Positions 41,401-53,560 of a stretch of DNA of 64,000 nucleotides are shown here, piece by piece (the first letter of the stretch is position 1; each line of letters opens with the position of its first letter). This DNA is from Vairimorpha necatrix (lineage: Eukaryota). The stretch covers positions 1 through 64,000 of the forward strand of contig CP142728.1 in assembly GCA_036630325.1 (NCBI GenBank), written 5' to 3'. The position numbers and the translations under genes are program-made. Under the pieces are notes generated by a model. The model ran no database searches. It saw only the letters and a program-made list of their open reading frames with translations, and was not told the DNA's origin.

Positions 41401-42011
41401 GGTATTGACTGGCAATACAATTCACCAGAACATCACGAAACTGTAGGCGCAGTAGAAAGAGCGAATCAGACGTTAATGAAGATACTAAATAAAATTACAG
41501 ATTTCGGAAGGGTAAGCTGGAAGAACAAGCTTCCAGAAGCCACGAGATGCCTCAACCTGTCTTATAATCGGAGCATAGGAACATCGCCGTTCATGTTAAG
41601 GGAGAATAAATTGCCGATGCTGTCTGTAGACAAAGCGCTAGACAAGGAAGAAGTGACATTCTCGGCGGAGGAAACGAAGAGTAAGCGCGATGAAAACTTC
41701 GAAAAGTACAAAAAAGCAATCGTGAAAGGGAAAGTAGAAGTGGCGAAAAAGCTAAACGTGGGCGATAAAGTTTTAATATATCGTGAGATCAAAAGCGGGA
41801 AGTTCAAGTGCAATTGGGAAGATGGATACGTGATCACAGAAATAATTTTACCCGATGCCTATGTGGTAAAAAAGAATGGAAAAGTATACAGGCTTAACAA
41901 AACACGAGTTAAAGCAGATACTTCAATTTAGGGGGGAGAGGTGTCGTATCCTTCTATAAATATTATATATTTTCACCCCGATGCAATTCGTAAATAAAGG
42001 AACATTCGACA
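38468..42011 (+). mobile_element. Young Ty3/Gypsy LTR retrotransposon of a second family, 3544 bp, 70-bp LTRs
   Basis: Identical LTRs at 38468-38537 and 41942-42011 (TGTCG..CGACA); TSD ATTTT at 38463-38467 and 42012-42016; PBS TGGCGACAGCGAT; PPT AGGGGGGAGAGG at 41930-41941. Confidence 0.97.
38507..41931 (+). CDS. Gag-Pol polyprotein (Gag/CA, aspartic protease, RT, RNase H, integrase); frameshift at ~40386
   Basis: Gag FSGKKEEDINTWL; protease ALIDTGADVS..ILGVD; RT RLCIDYRELN, MPFGLCNAPATF, YLDD; RNase H TDAS/TDH/ADGLSR; integrase HLDVGH..CKTC, IDLIG/TDNGLEF/GAVERAN. Adding one C at GCAGCCCTCTC restores AAPLYEL. Confidence 0.94.
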
Positions 42012-42664
42012 ATTTTTATTTTCCTCCTCAAGCAAAAATATATTTTTCTAGTTTGAATTTACCATAAATAATTATATATTGTTAGAATAAAATTTAAAAG
42101 TAATAGACAAGATGTTTTTTGATACTTTAACTACAAGATTATCAATTTGGTTAATAAATGGTTATTTTATATACGTTTTATACTGATGAAGGAATTTTTA
42201 TGCATTCCATATCTATAATTATTATAATAGTCTTAAATGTTTTTTACACATTTCAGGATTTATACGTGAATTTCCATTTGTTTATTTATGGCAATAAATA
42301 AGAGCCCTTATAATATCGTGAGATCACACATAGAAATAAGTTATAAAAATAGATTAATAATAGGAAAGTATATAATTCGTATTAAAATATTAAATAGGAT
42401 TTTTTTATAAATTTTAATATATAAAGACCTTTTTTGGCTTGTATGTGTGTTTAATGTCAAGCAATTAAGTTTTTCTAATATTTCGAAAGATTTTAACGTA
42501 AGACTAAGAATTTTACGTAATCAATTAGATAAATTTAGTAATGACCTATTAATTATAGAAATACTGAACTTACTCTGGTTAAGAATCTTGTATAGTTGTT
42601 TATAATAATATGCACAATTTTACAAATTTGTAATTTTATTAATCAAAAAATATATGGTAGAATA

Positions 42665-45600
42665 TGTTATAATCAGTAATAATATTAAACCCCAATTATG
42701 TTAAGCACTTATATGGGGGCGATACCTAAAGAAGAGTTCACAAGAGAGGACTGTGGCCAAGTGGTCAGAAAGATGTTACAGGAGTTAGAGCGTATATTGT
42801 ATGAATTGGATTTGAGAGATGTGGATAGAGAGAAATGGAAGAGTGAGCTGTTCAAGTTGGCTTCGATGGATTTAAAAGATTTTATTGTGAGAAATATCAA
42901 AAAGGAAGAAAATATTGAAGGAATAAGGAAGAAGCTATTGTTAAGGATTAAGGAAGTAGAGGAGGAAGAAAAGATATATGAGGAAATGAGAAAAATTATT
43001 TCTAGGACTATAAATGAAGAAATTAGTAGAGAACAACCAAGACAAAAATCGAAATTACCGAGATGCTTCTATTGTGATAGACAAGGGCATAGGGTGTTTG
43101 AATGCAGACTGAAGATTAATAGAGATAATTATTATAAAAAGAATAACAAGGATAACAGTTGCAAAATGGAAGTATGTAGTGAATCAGAGTCAAGTCAGGA
43201 GCGAGATTTTAGAAGATCAAAAAGAGGACTTAGAGTCAAATTTGAGAAAAATCAAAAAGAATATGCCGTTAAAGAGGAGAGTAAGAGAATCAGATTAAAT
43301 TTAGATAAGTATGCTAAGAGTTTTGGAGAGGTTTTTAAGTTAGGAAAAGAGGAGATAGAATATTGTAAACTGGAAAAATGTAAAATTAATACTGAAGCGG
43401 GTAAGAAGGTATTTAAAAAGGGACAAATGGTTCCGCAGGCGTTGATAAAAGATACAGAGCTACATCTAGAAGATTTATTAAAAAGGAAAGTGATAAGAGA
43501 GTCAAATTCAAGTTGGAGGAATCCTATAAGGTCAATCAGAAAGCCAAATGGTGAGATAAGACTGGTTAGTAATTTGATGGCATTGAACGATATTGTAAAA
43601 AGGACGAGTATAGATTGTCTAACATAAGAGATGTTGTAAGAGCTACACAAGGTGCAAAATACATGACGGTTTTCGACTTAAAAGAGGCCTTCTATAGTAT
43701 TGAGATAGAGGAGGAGGATAAACATAAGACGGCGTTTGATTTTAATGGCAAGGTTTATGAATGGAACTCTATGGTTATGGGATATAAGAATAGCCCGCAG
43801 ATATTGCAGAGAATTATGGATAGGATTTTTAGAGATATGAAAGGCAAAGGAGTAGAGGTGTATATGGACGATATTGTGTTGTACAGCCGAACGATAAGAG
43901 AACACGAGCAATTAGTGAAAAGGGTATTAAATAGACTGAAGGAAAACAATATGAAGCTGAATGCAAATAAAATTCAGTTTTGTCAACGTGAAGTTAAGTT
44001 ATTGGGAGTCACTTTAAATGGAGAAGATATAATACCGTCAGAGATAAAGAAAAATGAAGCCCTAGAGTTTCCGATACCAACATGCGTGTCAGATGTAAGA
44101 AGATTTTTAGGAATGACGGGTTGGTTCAGAGATTTTATTAAGAATTACGCTGGATTGACAGTTAGGTTGACAGATAGTTTAAAAGGGAAGAATGATAATT
44201 GGAAGTGGACGGATGATATGAAAAACGAGTTTAATAATTTAAAAGAAGTATTGAAAGGCCTAGGAAAGCTGCGAATAGCAGACTATGATAAAGAATTTTT
44301 GTTGAGGACTGACGCTAGTAATGTAGGCATGGGCGCAGTACTGTTACAGAAAAATAATCAAGGAGAATGGGTGCCAGTACAGTGGGCGTCTAAGAAGTTT
44401 ACCGTTACGGAAGTTAATTATGGTATATCAGAAAAAGAAATGTACGCAGTTTTTTGGGGCGTTAAAAAGTTTGAATATGAATTAAGAGGTAGGAAATTTA
44501 GAATAGAAACTGATCATAAAGCGTTGGGCGAAATAAGAAACAAGCCCGACTTTAAGAATGCTAGAATTAATAGATGGGTCGAGAAGATTCAGGAATTTGA
44601 TTTCGTGATAGAATATAGAACTCCAGAAAATATGGTCGTAGCCGATGCGCTAAGTAGGGTATATACAAAAGAAAAAGATGCAAAGAAAAAGAGAAATGAA
44701 ATACGCCGTGATAGACAAAAAGAAGGGAAAAGAAATAAGCATGTAAAAATTGTAGAAGGTAAAGAATACTGGGTATTTGATAGTGGTAGAGAAGGCGAGA
44801 TGCCTTTGGAACAAGACAGAGAGAGATTAATAATGGATTGTCATGTCAATTTGAGCCACAGAAGCAGAACAACGGTATATTATGAGTTGAGGAAACAGTA
44901 TTATTGGCCAGGAATTAAGGATCAGATCGAAAAGGTCCTTAAGAATTGCGAGACTTGTCAGATTTTTAATAGAAAAACGAGTGGCGGTACTGATTTAGTG
45001 AACACGACAAGATATTTAGAGAAGGTTGGCTTAGATTTAATAGAATTTAGGGATGAGAAAGCGTTTATTGTTTTGGCAGTTGATTACTTTACAAGGAGAT
45101 TATGGGGCAGAGTATTGAAGAGCAAGCACGCATCTGGAATTGCCGAATTTATCAAGGATTTGTGTAAACAGGGTAGAAAACCAGAGGAAATCATTACGGA
45201 TAATGGTAAAGAGTTTTGCAACGAAAAAGTTACCGAGCTATGTAGAAATTTGGATATTAGTCATAGAAAGGTCAGCGTTGAGTCGCACAGAAGTAATGGA
45301 AGAGTAGAAAGAGTTATTAGAACTGTAAGAGATAGTATTTTAAAGAGCCAAAAAGAGAAATTCGAGAACAAGGTTTATGAAGCTATTGAGAAATATAATT
45401 TAAGTTTTCATGCTGGTATTAAGTGCACGCCAGTAGAAGCTTTAACCGATAATACAGGAAATGTTAGTATGGAGAATAGTCCAGAGGGAAAGTATGCGCA
45501 ACAGTTCAAAAGTTGGTTTAGAGAAAAGTTCAAAAGGAACCAGATAGTTAGGGTTGCCAAGAATGAGAATTTAAAGGGATGTAGTAAGTATAGTAAGGGT

Positions 45601-45806
45601 CGATTTTTAGACATGGGAAGAGTGATTGAGCTATGTCCAGGGGATTCATATATAGTGAGATTAGAGAATGGAAGGTTGGTGAAAAAAAGGCATTATGATC
45701 TTAAAGGTGTAGGGGATTTAAAGTATGTTGAAGGAGACTAACCGTCTGGAGGGGGGATGTTATAATCAGTAATAATATTAAACCCCAATTATGTTAAGCA
45801 CTTATA
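42665..45806 (+). mobile_element. Young Ty3/Gypsy LTR retrotransposon, 3142 bp, 49-bp LTRs ending TG..TA
   Basis: Identical LTRs at 42665-42713 and 45758-45806; TSD GAATA at 42660-42664 and 45807-45811; PBS TGGGGGCGATACC; PPT GGAGGGGGGA at 45748-45757. Confidence 0.97.
42698..45741 (+). CDS. Gag-Pol polyprotein (CCHC, RT, RNase H, integrase); frameshift in an A-run at ~43600; no recognisable protease
   Basis: Motifs CFYCDRQGHRVFEC; YMDD; TDAS/EKEM/TDH/ADAL; HVNLSH..CETC; LDLIEF/TDNGKEF/NGRVERV; clear paralog of 5141-8214. Confidence 0.93.
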
Positions 45807-47418
45807 GAATATAAGAAAGAAATAATATATATTTCGGCATATTTGTATTGACGTTGAGCATTTTTAAGAAAGTGTTATGATATACAATATGAGCTTTTAT
45901 ATTTTGATTACGATTAAGTCCTGCTTAAATTAATCAATAGATAAATAATTATACACATACCAATATAAATTAGGGAGTATATTTATAAAAGACTACTCAT
46001 AATGTAAAATATGTACTGGCATAAAGGTTGGTATGTATGATTGCTAAATAAATTTTGATGATTAACAAAAGATATTTAAATTTGTTACAATACTATTTTT
46101 TCGAGACATTAGATCATTTATTTCTCAATATAGTAAATAATACTGTTAAAAGATTGTGCAATATGATATTTAAGCGTTTCATACTTTTGTAAGTATTGAC
46201 GATCATTAAGATGAATAATTTCCTCTATAATTCAGATGTGCTTTATTAAATTATTGAATTAGTTTAAAAAAAACATTTGTTTTGGTAATACAAATGCAAA
46301 AATAATGAACAGATTAAAAAATTTATTTACAGTGAAATTATAAATATAAAAAAGTTCGTAAATTTTTATTTAAAATCGAACAAAGTGTTGTTCGCTATTG
46401 TAAGGTTTAATTTGGTAATTTTTAATATTGTATGATTGATGAAAAAATTTGTCTTATCTTAACTACTTGAACTCTATGATTATCTACTAATACTTCAAAA
46501 TATATTAAAAGCGTATAGATTATCATCGTTAAATCTTTTATTCGCTTTGTATTATCTGCTTGGAAGATGGTACTCGAAATAGTATTTAGTGTATTGAATC
46601 CTCTTTTTATATGTAATAGTATGGTGTTCTCGTCATTAAATTATTTACAAAACACATAATTGTAAGTGCAATTTGTTAATTTTTTCTATTTAAGAATCGT
46701 TCTTATATATTATAACTTCTATCATTTACAATTGCTTTTTGCTTTTTAAAATCTTATAATTAAAAATTTTAACTTATAATATAGTTACACATTATATAAT
46801 ATAATTAAATGATTCTACAAACAATTTATACGCATGTTAAATATTAGATTTACAGCAAACTCAAGTGGTTAACAGCTTTATTGGTCGTATAGATGTTCAA
46901 TTAATTCATAAAATTACGAAAGCAATTCATCTTTCCATATTATGTAATTCTATAAATTTCTTTATGACTAATTATAATATACTCAGCTATATGTAATACG
47001 CTATTACTATTGATTAAAATTAAAATTATATATCTGGAAATTACGAATGTACTAGAACCTAGGCTTTTAAAAATATTGTATGTACTAAAATTATTTAATT
47101 TGTAAGAAAGAAATTTTCGATTTCTAATTAATTTGACTTCGAAAAGTTTTGCACTAAAATTCATTAAGTGTTTCTATAATATAAGTGCATCACAACAAAA
47201 AAAAATATATTCAATAAAAGTGAAGTCATATTTTGTTTAAGATACTTTTTGCTGATTAACTTTTTTTATTAGCATTAATTAAAGATTTTATAAGCATCGA
47301 TTAATAGCTATCATTTTTTATTACCATATTAATATATACCATTTTAAAATAAACTATATTGTTTTTCTTTCCTTATTATTTAATCAAAACAATATGATTA
47401 TTTGTAAATAATATCATA

Positions 47419-47622
47419 TTACTGATTACCTTCACAAAATTCACTCAAAATCTCTTCATCTGTTCCCGAGATGGTTTCTAAAATTCTCTTATTGGGCTTA
47501 AAACACGCTTTCTGCTCAGTATCTGCCCATGTCCGATTGACATAGTTAAATTTTTCGAAGTCGTTAAGGACTCTCATCTTTATATATGCTTTTGTCAAAT
47601 CAGAATATGTGGTAATTAGCAA
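47419..47622 (-). mobile_element. Possible 3' fragment of RLE-type non-LTR retrotransposon
   Basis: TKAYIKMRVL resembles the EAYIQ..VL motif of the other fragments; locally GC-richer island. Confidence 0.35.
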
Positions 47623-49299
47623 TTTTATTAAAAATTTAATAATACAAAAAAATTTTAAACTGATTGAATAATCATCCCTAAAAATTAAATTTTAAAAATC
47701 ACCGAAGAATCTTATTTCATTATTATTTTTTAAAAAATATTAAAATACTAACATTACATTCTGTTGATTTTATATAGACTTTAGTAAATTATAGCAGTTG
47801 TTTATGGTATTGTTTTTTAGAAGATTATTTATCAATGACGATACAATTTTTGCTCGTCATTATTAACATTGATTGTTTTTTTATACAGAATATCAAGGAC
47901 TTTTAATTTATTTTTATTTTGATCATGTACTGATAAATTTTTGTGATAATTAAAAAACCATTCAACTAATTTATCATAGGATTTATATTTAAAATAAAGT
48001 TTTGTAAACTTAGTTGTTAATTTATGTTAATATTTGATTTTTTTTACTACTATAAAATGACAGTACTACAATTAGTATTTTAGTGCGTTTTTTTAATTGA
48101 AATTTTACTTTTGAAATATTTATGTTCTATAATAATGTTTTTATTGTAAATTTTTGAATTTTAAACGTAATTCTTTTTTTTTATTACTTATTAATTATAT
48201 AAAATTATAGGTTATCTTATAAAAGACCTTTTACTTTGTTTAAAAATTTGTCACATGCTATGTCAGTGTAGTCTTAAACGACAAATATATCATTACCTCA
48301 TAGATTATTATATGCATATTTTACCAATTTCATATATAATATAATTTATTCATCTAATATAAATTTTTCTTTCAATTGTTAAAATTATACTGATATTTAT
48401 AAATAATACTTATTTAAAATTACATTAAGGATCAATTTTACTTAAAAATTTCTTTTTTAATTTTTGTATTTTCTCCCAAGGTAAATAAAAAGAATCACTA
48501 CTTAGAGTCGAGTAAATAATGACTTCTTTACTTTTATAATTAATTTGGGTAATTTGATGAGTTATATCCATTTTCATTAAATTAAACAGCAAAAGTACAT
48601 ATTATATATAGTTTTATGTACAAATAAAAATGTTTATCCATCCTTGTAAATTATTATTAACGATTAATGTATGATATTAAACTAAGATCAATAGATATAA
48701 TGAATTGCCCAAGCCAGGCACATCATGTTACACACACTTAAGTCTTTGCGATATTTACTTTAATATTTTACACACATAATACTATAACGATTCAATCTTA
48801 ATTTTTACAACTGTGTTGATCATTAGTTTTTTTTATTTGACAACAAAATATAGAATTGTATAATTGAGCTAAGAAGCTCTTTGATTAAATTATTTAATCT
48901 TTCAACTGCTCCAATAGATCTGTATTCCAGAGTGTAACAGTCATACCTTTTGTTGTTTTATTTGATATTTTTTGATAACACGGTCTAAGTAAATTTAGAT
49001 TCAATCTAGCCGTATGTTTTGTTGTTCATAGATGAATAATTCTATTTGTTGGAATAATCAAATGGGTTATTTTTAAATGACATTTTTAAAAAAATGTAAA
49101 TTCTAACATTATTGTTTAATTTTATTCATTGCCATCACTTTTAATGTAAACAAACAAAAGTATTTAAGAAGAGGTCTAAATACAATGCCAAATAAATCTG
49201 TTACTTCTAAAACCAAATCTTCATCTGCCCTAAGCTCTCTCGCTGGTAACAGTTAGATATTTAACTTGCTCTTGCGTGTAATTATTGATTATTGTAGAT

Positions 49300-50500
49300 A
49301 CTTGACGTTTATACTAATAATATAAATTTATAATTTATATAACATCATTAATATGCTTTGAAGTTGATGAACTTTTTTATAAATTTTTCTTTCTATTGTA
49401 TATATAAATACAATTTTCATAAAAATTATGATATTCTAAATTCAAGAGCAATTATGACATCTAAACTCGACAATATTGTACATAATAAGCATAATACATT
49501 TGGGTTTTATTAGATATATTATATTTATTTCTTATAAGGTTTTAATTTTTTTCTAATAGGAACGTGGAAACATCTCTTCTTAAGAAACAATTACAACTAT
49601 TAAAACCCAATGATACTAAATGAATTTAAAATACCAATTTTATAAAAACTGCTATTGTTTTGATTTATAAACGAAAAATACTCATGACAAGATTTCTATT
49701 TCTTTTATTACAGATTTGATATTGTCCATTATAATATTATACTTTCTAATTGTAAAAATCAGCATTATGCTTTTTTTTAGTGATACTTTTTTCTTTTATT
49801 ATGTATTATTAATTTTCTAACTAGAATATATGTCATCTTTAATATTGTAAATGGCTTGAACCCTCGAAATATGTTTTTTTTTTTGAAATTATGTTACGAT
49901 ATTTTTTCCCCTAGAAATTCATTTTCTTCCAAAAAAGATATTAGGGATTTTAGTCTTAAAAATTAGGGAATGAAACAGACAAGTATATTTATTATTTAGC
50001 ACAATTATAACGCTAGAAGAAATTTCACAACGTATTTATTTTTTATAATATTTTTTTTTGAAGAAACGAATTTTCTAAAAATTTGGATTTTTTATAAAAA
50101 TTTAATTTATGAAAAATTAGTCCCAGTACGAAATTAAGGCAAAAATAAGCTGTTTCATCATAAAATAAGGTAGAGTATTAATTAAAAAAAATTTGAGTTT
50201 ATTGCATTTTTAGCAAAGTTAATAAGACCTGTACTTTTTTCTTGTTTTCATTCATGATTTATCTTTTATATTATACATAATGTACCTCTCTTCAATACAA
50301 ATCATTAATGATATAAGTAAGATAATTGTGGGCCGTTATATTTAATACCTTTTGAGGTTTGTGATTCCAATGCATATTAATTTAATTGTTATATTAGATA
50401 TGTTTTACTTTTATATGATAATTTACTCATCTTATATATAATATGTGTCAAACGGAAAGTAATAAAAAATTATATATTTACAAATTGTGTCAATATCATC
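49300..50500 (-). pseudogene. Decayed paralog of the ~20300-21650 pseudogene
   Basis: Colinear shared nucleotide blocks (see the 20300 feature); no intact ORF; boundaries approximate. Confidence 0.45.
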
Positions 50501-50984
50501 ATGATTTAACATTTTACTTATTATTCATAAGTATTTAAGAAATAATTATATTATGATTTCTATAATTTTTATTATTCTATTGTCGATATGTATAGATACT
50601 TATTTTTAATATTAAGTAGATAATTTACCATTATTCTTTATTTCTCGTTTATATTACCTTTTACTCTTCAAAATACACTTATCATCTATAATAAATATTT
50701 GATTTTTAGTCTTCTATAAAATTATATATTCTTTTTGGCTTAAATTTATAAAATCAGGTCTATATACTATATATATTTTTGTCTTCTTATTGACATGTAA
50801 TTTTAAAAACTAAAAAGTCTTCAATTTTCTTTCTTTTTGAGTCGCATATTTTTATTACATTAAATTACATTGAAATTAAATAAAAACAAGGATAAGATCG
50901 TTGTGTCATTCAATGTTATTTATTTAACAATTTATATTTCTTTTTTAGAATTTTTTTTTTCTGTAATTAAAATTCCATACATTG

Positions 50985-51320
50985 AGCAACTTCCCCTTCT
51001 TATGTCTCTATTTCAGTCTTCTTATACATTTCTTTGTGAGTATAAATGATTTGACTCTTCTTCTCGCCCTTTCTTCTCCAATTCCGAAATCTCATAATCT
51101 TATATATTCTAAAGAGATACTTTTAAGAGTCTTCCTCAGAACATGCCTTTCTTTTATATGTATTAAAAATAATTTGTACTCAAAACCAAACTTATATTTC
51201 TTCTTAAATGCTATTATAAGACTTTTTTTTGATATTTTAATTCTACTCTCATAAATTATACGTTGCAGCGTAGTCTTGTATTGTACCCTTCTCTTATACG
51301 AGATACGACTCATTGTTCTT
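50985..51320 (-). mobile_element. Probable 3' fragment of RLE-type non-LTR retrotransposon
   Basis: Translation ..KKYKFGFEYK..HVLRKTLKSISLEY resembles the VMKKTPEYVFLE segment at ~25470. Confidence 0.45.
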
Positions 51321-52777
51321 TTTAAACATGTATTAATATTTTTATGAACGAGTCATAGTGCATTTATACATATTATACATATTCATTTGTCGTGTTCATT
51401 ATTCCGAAACTAATCTTTTTAAAATTCATAATTGCAATTTAAATTACAATTTTTTAGAATGTTTTTATTTATGTGTTATAGATATATGTGACTGGCATCG
51501 GCCCAACGAAGTAATATTGTCGTAAACTTAAAAAGTAATTTAGCTCTGTTTCTTTCAATACCTTATGTTTGATGCTCTTCATTTTGTCTCCAGATGTTTT
51601 TTTTATATAATTACTTTTATACATTGATTATATTTTAATTCGAGAAGAAATTACTAGATAAATTACTTTATAAGCCTCGATTATAAAGATTGACCTGCCC
51701 ATACCACTGTAAAAAGTCAATCGGTTTTTGTATAAATTGAGACTGTCCTTATTGCTTATCCTTGTGTTAGGACAAGTTCCAGTCTGCTAATGGCCTCAAC
51801 CGGCCCAGATCATAAATTCTTGTGTATTAATGAAAAATATAGTCCAAGTAATTCCTAGGATCATTTATCCTCGATTTTGACTGTGTATTTACAAAATAAT
51901 TTTGGATTATCTGTTTTAATTGATTTTGCTTTAATTATATACCTAATACCCTTTCCTTCGCATGATAGAAAAATTTAAAGCCTTTTTATACGAAGATTTC
52001 ACAAAAATCTATAATTATGTTTTCTACTTACAGTACTATTTATCTTCGAATTTAAAAAGTCTGTTATTTTTAGTTTTAAATATTTCCTCTTCTCATATGT
52101 AAATATATATACATTTCATGTTAAAACTTATCAGAAATTTGAAAATCTTTAAAATACATACGAATTGGAATGTTGAGATTAATAAAAATTTTTTTGACGT
52201 GATTCCAAGTTGTTACCCCTGGATAGATACAGTTCTCTTAAATTGAAATTGTTTAAGGTCCGAAAAAAGATTCTAGTGTCCGCCGAAGGTCTAATCTAAA
52301 CTAATAGCTCTTATTGGTCAAGTGTCCTAAAGAATAAATATAATAATTCATTTATCTGGTCATGGCTGGTATGGGCAATAAGAAATAATTGAAAAAAAAG
52401 TGAAATAGACCGATGAATCCGGTTCATTTCTAAACAGAAAATATTATGGATTAAAATTAATAATATATTTTTATCGTAATACCACAGTTTTATAATATTT
52501 TAATTTGACGTATTATCATTTTTTGTAGATTTTTATTTTCAAATACCTTCTTAGAATTATATATTTATCATCTTGAAAACTTGCAAATTGTAAATTTGAA
52601 AAATTAAAATTGTACCATTTTAAACTAATCATTTTCATATGATTTTCATCTGCAACTTCGTTTATAATAATATATCTTGTGGACTGTTGTTGGTCCAACA
52701 GTCTGTAAAGAAGGTTTACTATTAATTGTTTATTTATCTTTCTCATCTTCTTACCCTTCTGAAAATGAATTTCTTTT

Positions 52778-52823
52778 ATGTTTATGGGCGGGGAAATCTG
52801 GTACATTTCCCCGCCAAAAACAT
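52778..52823. other. GC-rich hairpin (11-bp perfect stem, extendable to ~20 bp)
   Basis: GGCGGGGAAAT (52787-52797), loop CTGGTAC, ATTTCCCCGCC (52805-52815), flanked by ATGTTT/AAACAT. Confidence 0.75.
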
Positions 52824-53099
52824 GAATAATACAAATTAAGAGAATATCTTCTTAATGGTATTCTCTAGTCTCCAGGGCCATATGAGGACCACCGGAGAGC
52901 TGTTCCTTGACATATATATTTACAATGTATCATAAAAAAATAAAGATATTGAATCTCAAAAAATAAAAATTACGCCTGTAGAGTTGATTATTATTATTTT
53001 CCATCCCCTCTTTTAAAAATGTTTTTAAATAGTTTTAGTTGCCAATAAAATACTTTAATTTGTCGAAAGATGGTTGGCTAGTTTTTGTAATTCAAGAAA

Positions 53100-53260
53100 A
53101 CGCCATTTTAGACTAATTATTTTTTCATGATTTCAACTCCTTCTTAACCTATGTATTTATATACATACTTGTCATCTTTGAAAAAAAAGAAAATTTCAAA
53201 TCTTTAAAAAATCAAAATTATGTAATTTTATACTAATTATTAAAATGATTTTGGTCTCTC
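53100..53260. repeat. Dispersed copy (~1.3 units) of the 23255-23690 repeat
   Basis: 27-bp exact match plus ATACTTGTCATC..TGAAAAA and AAAATTATG blocks. Confidence 0.7.
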
Positions 53261-53294
53261 CTTCTGTTGCATATATATATATATATATACATAT

Positions 53295-53560
53295 TTGATG
53301 TACAAGTGCAAATTTCAAATAATACCATACGTCATGACATGGGACGGAATCGTGACAAAGTGTTAAAGCAATTATGTTAATACCATTGGCCTATCGACTA
53401 GTACCGAAGCTTACATCAAGTTGAGTGCATTTATAAGACACTAGTGAGATCTCCTTTGAAAGCCTTCAAGAACTCGCAGAGTTTAAATCTTGAACCAAGA
53501 ACATAGTAAAGGTAGATGGGAGATGGTGTGACCAGATAGAATGCGCGGCAATGGATATAA
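53295..53560 (+). mobile_element. 3' fragment of probable RLE-type (R4/Dong-like) non-LTR retrotransposon
   Basis: Translation LMYKCKFQIIPYVMTWDGIVTKC*SNYVNTIGLSTSTEAYIK; I recognise this from recall as the C-terminal part of restriction-like-endonuclease retrotransposon ORFs. Confidence 0.65.

Noticed and set aside
51660-52430. Possible decayed RT region of a non-LTR element (minus strand NDPRNY)
   Set aside because: Only one short motif; too degraded to support without a search.
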